Shown: one piece after another, positions 18,101 to 25,222 of the stretch
How positions within the stretch are numbered: the stretch's first letter is position 1
Layout of the letters: every line of letters begins with the position of its first letter
Assembly (NCBI GenBank): GCA_016840035.1
Contig: JAEOTC010000072.1
Span: 1-25,222, forward strand
Reading direction: 5' to 3'
DNA length: 25,222 bases
DNA from: Candidatus Hodarchaeota archaeon
GTDB taxonomy: Archaea; Asgardarchaeota; Heimdallarchaeia; Hodarchaeales; Hodarchaeaceae
Program-made: the position numbers and the translations under genes
Notes under the pieces: model-generated
Told to the model about the DNA's origin: nothing
What the model saw: only the letters and a program-made list of their open reading frames with translations
Database searches by the model: none

Positions 18101-19558
18101 AGTTGGAGCATTCAATTCTCCAAGGGTAAAGAAATTGGTTTCTGACACTTCTTTATTAGAAGCAATATCAATCGCAGAAATATTGTATGCGATGTTTATA
18201 CCAGAACCAGGTAAGCCCTGAAGTGCAGTATTGTTATAATACTGGATTCCATTAAGTGAAACCATATTGAAAATGGAATTTCTTACTATAGAATTATTGG
18301 ATGAGTATCTCGCGGTTAAACTGAGATTAACATTAGTCAGGGCACTTTCATCATAGATTTCAGCTGAAAAAGTTTCATTTGTTGGGTGAAATTGAATATT
18401 AGTAATAAGTGGAGGATCATTGTCACTATAGGCATTTACTTGAAGTGAATACCCTAAGAATGTTTCAATGGCGTAGGTTCGGTTTCCCGCAACTTCAATG
18501 AATTGTAAATCGTTATTAATAGCATCTTCATATTCTACAGTGACATTGTACATACCATAGGAAATATTAGTAAAAGTAGTAACTCCTAAACTCGTAGTAT
18601 TCTGAATCCAAATTTTTGATTGATTTCTTGAATCCATTAGTGTTACTTGAGCATTATGAACGGTCCTATTATCTAAATCAGTGACATCAACTTGTATAGT
18701 AGCATTTCCAGGTACATCATCATATAAAATCCAACTTAATGTCCTATTCCAACTATTCCACCCATCTGAATTTAAATTTGGGGCCCATCCAGCTCCCCAA
18801 AAGGCCCTCCGCTCGGCAGAAGGAGTAAGATTCCAGTTATTCGCACCTTTCTCTAAAACTAGCCAGGTTGCATCAGGAGGGTAATAAAAATTCTTATCAG
18901 CTCTAACGGCAATACGAGTTATCTCTACACCTGGTGGTACAGAATTATAATCGGAGATATAGCCAACCGCTTCATTACTTGTGTAAACAAAGAATTGATC
19001 TTCACTTATGAGATTCTGTGAGACAGGATGAGTATTGTTATATACCCAGTATCTATTAGTGTCTTTTATGCTATAATCATCACCTAGCTGGAATTCATCG
19101 AAATGTCCAGGTTGCATCGTTAGAATTGGGATGGAGGCGTCCGACAAAGAATCAACAGTATCAGCTTCTCCAACCGAACTAGAAATTACAATTGCATCAT
19201 AATTTTCGTAAGAATACACATCTTTTGCTTCATGATATGTGACACTATAATTTAGTCCCAATGTCATGAACTCATAAAATGGTACGTCTTTATCTACATT
19301 TGGAGAAGAAGGACTATCTACTATGAATAGAATACTGGGTTGTTGGAAGGATTGAATAGAGAAGGAGGGAATCTTAGTTATTTCTTTGAAGAAATCGTTT
19401 TCTGAAACAGTGGTTAGGGCTTGGAGATTGTGATCACTATCTGAAGGATCATTATTAGTTTTGGAACCGTTTAATATGAGAGAAGAAAAAAATAAAATAG
19501 CAAACATCATACATACTAATATGATTGACTCTTGTTCTTTATTTCTAAACCTAAACAT
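15182..19558 (-). CDS. 1458-aa receptor-like membrane protein: large repeat ectodomain, single TM, cytoplasmic longin/roadblock-like domain
   Basis: N-terminal hydrophobic signal/anchor, an alpha/beta domain, a carboxypeptidase-regulatory-like beta sandwich, then about 8 repeats of ~100 aa starting D..xP.I and containing Y.I.A.D..gN. TM ILPMILAISLIPLALVFAVASI is followed by RRRRHKK and a ~240-aa tail. Confidence 0.85.
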   Translation of the reverse strand: MFRFRNKEQESIILVCMMFAILFFSSLILNGSKTNNDPSDSDHNLQALTTVSENDFFKEITKIPSFSIQSFQQPSILFIVDSPSSPNVDKDVPFYEFMTLGLNYSVTYHEAKDVYSYENYDAIVISSSVGEADTVDSLSDASIPILTMQPGHFDEFQLGDDYSIKDTNRYWVYNNTHPVSQNLISEDQFFVYTSNEAVGYISDYNSVPPGVEITRIAVRADKNFYYPPDATWLVLEKGANNWNLTPSAERRAFWGAGWAPNLNSDGWNSWNRTLSWILYDDVPGNATIQVDVTDLDNRTVHNAQVTLMDSRNQSKIWIQNTTSLGVTTFTNISYGMYNVTVEYEDAINNDLQFIEVAGNRTYAIETFLGYSLQVNAYSDNDPPLITNIQFHPTNETFSAEIYDESALTNVNLSLTARYSSNNSIVRNSIFNMVSLNGIQYYNNTALQGLPGSGINIAYNISAIDIASNKEVSETNFFTLGELNAPTIHYYNVTDNEDGSLVFYANITDEESLVQEVVLRINETYEYMYLNASGFWIFETFANYGVLLNYSIHSATDSVGNVKSESFPKFGLIVPQDSFSPIIFDLSYNLSSHEEGFVVFKARVEELNDEFQSGVNSSSVTILISIYNGSWWNHTFPMYAIGEITYEFEYTFRFNDSVGYRIIASDFAGNLNSGYEHNAIIDDNSIPQIIYNAEEFGNGIVEFNSTVIDWPNNSTSVVLYYSQNYFGDWSNVSMTNINQNLFVQQVPNFDFRLQDVWYYATAIDSALNVYEPTPDQYQKITLTDSVSPEVFFIIQNSTLIDGKISITTWANDAFGNVRDINNTFYVNFTNQGSTSQYEMNYDSFYFHNFDQTFNFGEVITITVWTTDNEGNIGGKNRTITIGDFSAPKILETGINEYQNGTVTFWAEVVEYPTGSGLPIDYSSISLEYVFVTMFNETMHWNGTENIYTYTVSGFTPGNAFNYRIKAFDNNNNTMITLWNMEIILDETPPICNDFGYSETLINDSFTRLDFWVNAQDTFGPIEEIAITVDYFDNSSLITIPGFMTGIGPDYSYSILLPCNLSFNYSILIYDGKPNFVEVGNIGLRTYWGPVIIDANIEQITDDRVMIWARVSDWGSGIGEVILEYEYVSLGGQGASVKIETIHMDFNGSLYLASLSFSESGSLTWTVIAKDGSNSFVATKATTRPFIVNISGESVVWEDILPMILAISLIPLALVFAVASIRRRRHKKATAKKQSEMELTQRFTDVLSIRSIICRNNFGMAFYTETFLAEAQDLDLTAGLTSAISSLMAEVSQRAMKKGEFNLLEREGFSILSHHGENSTISIVSEGRLSSFMKGKISKLHEALESRFTQHELEDPNLGDYPEEIRGMVYKHLNVGLLSKLTVNFERFDQQVGQFTESERKQLNFLRELPRMNDGQIQMYVPTFTSSITRHGVSLVKAYALLEKCFRLRIIYPISLEPRV

Positions 19559-19834
19559 CTACTTCAACCTAAATTAACCACACTCTAAATGAATCTACTT
19601 GCTAGAAGGTAAAAAATCTATTTTAAGCTTCCTCAATAGAATATTCTCTCTAATTTTACATGTAAAAACCAAAGAATTGACCTATTAATTAGTAAATATT
19701 CCGATGGTAGTTTCTGACCAAAACATCTTATTAATCAGATATTTTTTATCAAAAATATGAATTAAATTCTTTAATCAGATAATGCTTTCCGCTTGTCTTT
19801 GGAATATTTGAATATGATTCTAAGAAACTCCGTG

Positions 19835-20362
19835 TTAAATTTCCTTTTGATTGAAATATATACGACATCCTTTATTCTTTAATTGAATTATTGATTTTGG
19901 TATCATATCAATTTTTTGACTTGAAATCGATAATTCCTTTAATGTTACTAGATGACCAATCTCTTCTGGCACTGTGAGTAGATTATCTTCCAATAAATAG
20001 AAATAAATTAGATTTTTTAGTCTTTCAATCGATTGGGGACAGGATTGAATCTTATTTCCACCGATATAGAGTTCCTGTAAAGAACTAATTGATCCAATTT
20101 CTTCCGGTATTTCAACTAGTCCTGTATTTACCAGATTTAAAACTTCTAAAAATTTCAATTCCCATAAATCTGCTGGAATAGTTCGTATTTTTTGTGAATA
20201 AAATCCAATGCCATGAATCGTTTTGTTTTGAACATAAACTCCGAACTCGTTCCATTTAATTTGCCTAGTGAATAGCGGAAACTGTATATTCAAAAATTCC
20301 TCAATCGAATTTAAAGCTTCAACCTCTGTATCTATATTCAATATTTTTTCCCAATCTATCAT
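19835..20362 (-). CDS. Small cytoplasmic leucine-rich repeat protein
   Basis: About 4-5 23-aa LRRs of the form LxxLxLxxNxLxxIPxxIGxL (LEVLNLVNTGLVEIPEEIGSI; LQELYIGGNKIQSCPQSIERL). GGTGG lies upstream of the ATG. Confidence 0.9.
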   Translation of the reverse strand: MIDWEKILNIDTEVEALNSIEEFLNIQFPLFTRQIKWNEFGVYVQNKTIHGIGFYSQKIRTIPADLWELKFLEVLNLVNTGLVEIPEEIGSISSLQELYIGGNKIQSCPQSIERLKNLIYFYLLEDNLLTVPEEIGHLVTLKELSISSQKIDMIPKSIIQLKNKGCRIYFNQKEI

Positions 20363-20404
20363 TTGGGTTCCACCATCTATCTTTTTTAAACCAGAATTCA
20401 GAAA

Positions 20405-22162
20405 TTATGTAATGAGAAAGAGTACATTTTGATAAAAAAACCATCCTAGTAAAGTAACGACAAGTAAACCTATAATATCTAACAATATTCCTAGTTTAAA
20501 GATTTCTCTTACGTTGAAATATCCTGTACTGTACGCAACCATGGTTGGAGGAGTTCCAATGACTATAGCAAAATCTACACTCGAAATAATAGCTATAATA
20601 ACCGCTAGTAAGACTGGATCTATGCCTAGCGTTATACCCAGGGGAATGACTATTGGTATGAGTATACTCGCTGATGCTGTATTACTAGCTATTCCTGTAA
20701 GAACTAAACTTAAAAATCCCAAGAACAGGAGAACGAAGAAAGGGTGAATGTTTTTTAAGAATCCCATTTGAAGGGCTACCCAATCTGCTAATCCAGTCTT
20801 TAGAATGACTGCTCCAAGGGTTAGTCCACCACCAAAGGTTAGTAATGCGTTCCAGTTAATTCGAGTTAAATCTTCTTGAATTAAATGACCCGAAAAGTAC
20901 AAAAGAATAACACCAATCACTGCAATGAATCCAGCGTGAACTCCATGAAACTGTTCTAGTAACCATAGGCAAAAGACTAAAACAAACACAAATAGAACAA
21001 CGATTTGATCCTTACTGAGGTTATGGATATCTTTCTTTCGATTTATACTCTTCAATTTTGCTTCTTTCAATGCTTGATCGGTAATTGAAGGCTTTAAACG
21101 GAACCATAAATAGAAAAATGTTGTTGGGATCAGTAAAATTAGAACTGGAAGTCCAACCAGAAACCATTCAATGAATGAGATAGTTACGCCTGTATATTTA
21201 TGCAATAAATCAACAGCAATATAATTTGGGGGTGTACCGATCAATGAACCTATTCCTCCAATCGTAGCTGAATAGGCAATACCCAAAATCATCATTTTAC
21301 GAAATTTCAAATAATCTTTATCTAAATACTCGAGTAAACTAAGACTAAGCGGAATGAACACAGCAACTGCGGCAGTATTTGACATAAACATTGAAAAGAT
21401 TGCACTCATCACCATCATAGAAAAGATTAGCAGCTTTGTATTTGAGGGAATAAGAGATAAGATTGTAACTGAAATAAAAGTATCTAATTTTACCCGTTTC
21501 ATTGCTTCAGCCATAAGAAATCCAGCAAAAAACAATATAATAATAGGACTAAAGAATAGAGATGATGATCCAGTGGCAGTATCAATTTTAAAGATCACAA
21601 TCAGAACAGGGATTAATAAAGCACTTACAGATAAAGGAATGACTTCTGTCATCCATAAAAAGGAAACCATTAATAGTAATCCTAAAGCTATGTTTGAATA
21701 TTTGATTATATGAAATTCAAAATAAACTATTTGATCTTTGATTACTTTAGGGGAAAAAGACTCCTTAAAAGATCCTTTTGATATTGAAGCAATAAAATTA
21801 TTTAACTTAAGAGCTGTACTGATATTCTCTGTGGAGTTAATAGTTACAGTAAATATTATCTTCTTCCCAATTTGGCCAGAATATGAACCATAGTAATTTA
21901 TATTAATTTGGTAATTCCCAGTCGAATTGGACAGAGTTTGAGGGGTTTCGGAGAATTCAAGATTAGATAACAAGTCGAAAGAGAAATCAATATTTATTTG
22001 TATGTCCTCGTGTGTAAAAGTAACATTTCCAGCGTATAAACCATCATTCATGGTTGATGGCCCTATTATAAAACCAAAGAAAAATAATCCGATTGCTGAG
22101 AAAACAAATACCACTTTTTTTCTAGTAATTTTTTTTTCGGGGTCGCTGTACGTCAAAGACAT
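20405..22162 (-). CDS. DASS/SLC13-family Na+:sulfate/dicarboxylate symporter with an extra N-terminal domain
   Basis: LWMTEVIP, two SNT motifs (FMSNTAA; IASNTAS), GSLIGTPPN, INWNALLTFGGGLTLG and IGTPPT. Confidence 0.93.
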   Translation of the reverse strand: MSLTYSDPEKKITRKKVVFVFSAIGLFFFGFIIGPSTMNDGLYAGNVTFTHEDIQINIDFSFDLLSNLEFSETPQTLSNSTGNYQININYYGSYSGQIGKKIIFTVTINSTENISTALKLNNFIASISKGSFKESFSPKVIKDQIVYFEFHIIKYSNIALGLLLMVSFLWMTEVIPLSVSALLIPVLIVIFKIDTATGSSSLFFSPIIILFFAGFLMAEAMKRVKLDTFISVTILSLIPSNTKLLIFSMMVMSAIFSMFMSNTAAVAVFIPLSLSLLEYLDKDYLKFRKMMILGIAYSATIGGIGSLIGTPPNYIAVDLLHKYTGVTISFIEWFLVGLPVLILLIPTTFFYLWFRLKPSITDQALKEAKLKSINRKKDIHNLSKDQIVVLFVFVLVFCLWLLEQFHGVHAGFIAVIGVILLYFSGHLIQEDLTRINWNALLTFGGGLTLGAVILKTGLADWVALQMGFLKNIHPFFVLLFLGFLSLVLTGIASNTASASILIPIVIPLGITLGIDPVLLAVIIAIISSVDFAIVIGTPPTMVAYSTGYFNVREIFKLGILLDIIGLLVVTLLGWFFYQNVLFLIT

Positions 22163-22199
22163 TCAAGTACCTTCACGAATTACACTGATAAAGCCTTAT

Positions 22200-23057
22200 T
22201 CACATCTCTCTAATCTTTTTTATTAACTCTCCTGCTTCTTCAGATCTATTTAATATTAAATCAGTGGATGAATTCACATCTTTTGAAGCAGATTCTGCTT
22301 TAATGGCGGTTCCCGCACCCACAATAATTTGTAAAATATTACCAATCTTATGAGAATAATCATCCTTTAGTAAGTTTTGATTTTTAATATATATTCCTTG
22401 TTCCAAATGCAAGAAAACTAGTAGTCCAAGTAATGTGACCGCTGTAACTGATGTATAGTACGCTATTATGGCAGTACTATCAGTACTCATGTATAGACCA
22501 TAACTATAATCAGGAACACTTGTAATGAGAGAAATGTAAACAACTATATAACCAATTAAGAATGCCATTAAGAGAACTATCAGACCATAACTGTATTGCA
22601 GTATTCTTCTTATTTCTTTTCGATTAGAATATACTTGTGTTAAAAAAGAGAATATTATGAGAAATTGAAAGATAACCGAGCTATTAATTGCTATTGAAAC
22701 ATCAAGAAATGAGAGAGCGAGGATAGGAACAGTGAATATCAAAAACATGACACTAAAAATAATATTTCTTGAATATTTTACGAAATACATTGAAAGTCCC
22801 GTTACTAGTAAATAGAGGCCTAAATTTAGTGTAATCACGTTTAAAATGCGAAAAATATCTACTATAAAGATATCCTGAGTAAAGGTTATACCAAATGGTA
22901 TAAAACCAGAGATAAGTAGAAATACCCAACCCATGACTTGTAAAGAATGCCTATTGTCGTTTGTCTTCGTATACATATCGAAAGACACAATTGCTCCAAT
23001 AAATCGGGATATAATGTTAATAATCAGCCCAAAAACAACTAGAGCGTGCATTTCCAT
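22200..23057 (-). CDS. Approximately 7-TM membrane protein with a C-terminal His-box (DHp-like) stub and no ATPase domain
   Basis: About 7 hydrophobic helices, then LKDDYSHKIGNILQIIVG and one more helix ending LIKKIREM-stop. Confidence 0.7.
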   Translation of the reverse strand: MEMHALVVFGLIINIISRFIGAIVSFDMYTKTNDNRHSLQVMGWVFLLISGFIPFGITFTQDIFIVDIFRILNVITLNLGLYLLVTGLSMYFVKYSRNIIFSVMFLIFTVPILALSFLDVSIAINSSVIFQFLIIFSFLTQVYSNRKEIRRILQYSYGLIVLLMAFLIGYIVVYISLITSVPDYSYGLYMSTDSTAIIAYYTSVTAVTLLGLLVFLHLEQGIYIKNQNLLKDDYSHKIGNILQIIVGAGTAIKAESASKDVNSSTDLILNRSEEAGELIKKIREM

Positions 23058-23269
23058 GAGCGATTACATTCCTAGGTTATATTTCAGAGGTAATTTCTTT
23101 TATTCTTTCTCTAGACTTATGAAGTTTCTCAAATTAACTAGCTAGTGAGGAATAACCTTCATCGAAATATAAACTCTAATTTACTAAATATGTAATTATT
23201 GGGAGCTATGTTCCTTTCCCGATCCTTTCATATCTAGGTTCAATATTCTCATACCTCAAGTAAATGCAC

Positions 23270-24010
23270 TTATTTTTGCAATTGTGCTCTTTCAAGAACT
23301 GCTTTAGCTCCACTCAGATGAGCAGCAATCATTGCTTCATCATATGATGGGGTAGGAGATGCTAGCATCTGTAATGTCCCAGTAATTCGATAATCATTCT
23401 TTCTTAATGCTTTTACAAGCTCACGGTCAAATCCTGAGCATAAAAAGGAGAAGTGAATGATATTTTCAAATGATAATACAAATCTTTTCCATAAATCTGT
23501 TTTCTCTAAATTGTCAATCATTCTTTGTCGTAATTCTTGCCAGTTATTCCGCAATTCAGCCTTTACTCGATCAATTAGCTGATCCAGGAGGTTTTCTTCA
23601 TTAATTACGGTTAAAAATGATGAAATGAGCACCACTGGATAGTATGGAACATTTTCACTAAAAGTGTAATATTCATGAATGGTTTCCTTCCCCCATTGAA
23701 GTGGAATTAATGCATAATATCCTTTAACAGAAGTTATAACCTCTTTTGAATCAATATCTTCGGCCCAAATTGAAAATATTCGTGCGCTTCTCTGGTCGAT
23801 GTCTGGAATTTCTTTCCCCCAAGGTTGAACATTAGCATAATGCATTGCAATGGGTCCCAATTCCTCAATTACAGTTTCAGTACTGACATCTCTACCTGAA
23901 TAAAATCGATCGCTTAGTGATTTCTCCTCAAATTTTGTCATACGTTCATTGTCAATGTGGTGTGATAATCCGTTATAGAATTTCAGCTTTTTGATGCTTA
24001 TCTGCTTCAT
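23270..24010 (-). CDS. Hypothetical soluble protein, possible degenerate GNAT fold
   Basis: 246-aa ORF filling the gap between neighbours. Weak GNAT-like spacing only (FSIWAED..EVITSVKG; ELVKALRKNDYRITG). Confidence 0.65.
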   Translation of the reverse strand: MKQISIKKLKFYNGLSHHIDNERMTKFEEKSLSDRFYSGRDVSTETVIEELGPIAMHYANVQPWGKEIPDIDQRSARIFSIWAEDIDSKEVITSVKGYYALIPLQWGKETIHEYYTFSENVPYYPVVLISSFLTVINEENLLDQLIDRVKAELRNNWQELRQRMIDNLEKTDLWKRFVLSFENIIHFSFLCSGFDRELVKALRKNDYRITGTLQMLASPTPSYDEAMIAAHLSGAKAVLERAQLQK

Positions 24011-24155
24011 TTTACTTTGACCCTGAACAACAAAGAGATTTCATGACTAGAGTAAAATATCCCCCGTGTTTGATACTTTTAATAATTCACAAAAAATGGT
24101 TTAAGAATATTTGTGAGTTGAATCAATCATAATGGACTTTCTTAAGGGAAACTGA

Positions 24156-24929
24156 ATGCCGATTAATTTCCATAACAAAAAGCACCGTTTCGAATACACC
24201 GAGAGATATGCTGATTCTAGCTGGAGAGAGAGAATGCTAAGACTCCTGGATCCCAAAGGAAAACATGTTTTAGATATTGGATGCGGAGGTGGCATTTATA
24301 CAAGGGCGTGGGCGCAGCTTGAAGCCCTCTCCGTTCTGGGTATCGATTTTTCTGAAGATATGATCCAAACTGCAAGGGATTATTCAACTAATTTCCCGAA
24401 TGTTTCTTATAAGGTTGGAAATGCACTCTCAACTGGATTAGAAGATCAGAGTTATGATATTGTATTTGAGCGTGCTCTTATCCACCATCTGTCTGACCTA
24501 TCGGGGTGTTTTAAGGAAGCATTTAGATTATTGAAACCTGGTGGTAAGTATATCATCCAGGATCGTACTCCCACTGATGTAACGATTCCAGGGTCAGAAG
24601 AACATATTCGGGGTTATTTCTTTGAGAAATACCCTTTTTTATTAGAGATTGAGATGAAACGCCGTCATTCTTCTAGTGAAGTTGAGGAAAAACTGAGTAA
24701 AACTGGCTTCATCAATATCCATAGCTTTTCTTTCTGGGAAATCCGAAAAATATATCAGAATGTTAACGAATTAAAAGCTGATATCCTCGAACGTACTGGC
24801 CGTTCAATACTTTATGAATTGAATGATGAACAACTCTGTGAATTGGTAAACTACATTTCATTGAAAATTTCATCTATAGATTCCGTTAGAGAGAAAGATC
24901 GATGGACGATCTGGACCTCAATTCGCTAA
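24156..24929 (+). CDS. Class I SAM-dependent methyltransferase (Methyltransf_11-like)
   Basis: VLDIGCGGG, GIDFSEDM, YDIVFERALIHHL and EAFRLLKPGG motifs. Confidence 0.93.
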   Translation: MPINFHNKKHRFEYTERYADSSWRERMLRLLDPKGKHVLDIGCGGGIYTRAWAQLEALSVLGIDFSEDMIQTARDYSTNFPNVSYKVGNALSTGLEDQSYDIVFERALIHHLSDLSGCFKEAFRLLKPGGKYIIQDRTPTDVTIPGSEEHIRGYFFEKYPFLLEIEMKRRHSSSEVEEKLSKTGFINIHSFSFWEIRKIYQNVNELKADILERTGRSILYELNDEQLCELVNYISLKISSIDSVREKDRWTIWTSIR

Positions 24930-24972
24930 TTCAAGACATTTAACAAGTAATTTCATTCTGGAGAGGACAATT

Positions 24973-25222
24973 TTAACTTGATTCGGTTTCTGGAAGAAAG
25001 CCTGTAAGCTCCATTCTTCTACTTTCTCCGAGCGTCACTCCCTCAATTTCTAATAGTTTTTTCTTGAGGGGTAATCCTCCTCCATAACCAGTTAATGAAC
25101 CATCCGAACCTATAACCCGATGACAAGGAATAAAGATGGCTATCCCATTTTGGCCATTAGCGTTTGCTACTGCACGAACAGCTTTAGGGTGATTAATCCT
25201 TTTAGCAATATCCAAGTAGGAC
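24973..25222 (-). CDS. ogt: Methylated-DNA--protein-cysteine methyltransferase, C-terminal part (5' end outside window)
   Basis: SYLDIA...[11 protein letters not shown], active-site IPCHRVIG, and [16 protein letters not shown]. The frame is open to the window edge. Confidence 0.95.
   Translation of the reverse strand, partial: SYLDIAKRINHPKAVRAVANANGQNGIAIFIPCHRVIGSDGSLTGYGGGLPLKKKLLEIEGVTLGESRRMELTGFLPETESS

Noticed and set aside
549-24295. Short antisense or overlapping ORFs in the track (e.g. 6648-7133, 10975-11400, 15903-16358, 21354-21713)
   Set aside because: They lie within or largely overlap well-supported genes and have no motifs; they are shadow ORFs.
9642-25222. DNA-repair cluster (nfi, exonuclease, ogt)
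   Set aside because: The genes are 4-10 kb apart, separated by unrelated genes and not co-transcribed.

Overview
An AT-rich, gene-dense archaeal window with 18 supportable protein-coding genes (two cut by the window edges). I saw no rRNA, tRNA, CRISPR array or mobile element. Several features suggest an Asgard archaeon, probably Heimdallarchaeia/Hodarchaeales (inference): GGTGA/GGTGG-type ribosome-binding sites, sequon-rich surface proteins with C-terminal Ser/Thr linker + TM + basic tail anchors, a short eukaryote-style LRR protein and a membrane-anchored longin/roadblock-like domain. Housekeeping-type genes are endonuclease V, Ogt, a CLC-CBS transporter, a DASS transporter, TauE, two class I methyltransferases, an ICMT/PEMT-family protein and a DEDD-like exonuclease. 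The most interesting observations are: (1) a 1458-aa single-pass receptor-like protein with about 8 Ig/Fn3-like repeats outside and a longin-like plus winged-helix-like module inside; (2) an 845-aa anchored surface protein with C2-like and Vps62/NPP1-like motifs; (3) a multi-TM sensor ending in a bare His-box stub with no kinase domain, apparently co-transcribed with an ectodomain-bearing DASS transporter and the LRR protein; (4) three 19-bp direct repeats at an exact 31-bp period upstream of a Kelch surface-protein gene.
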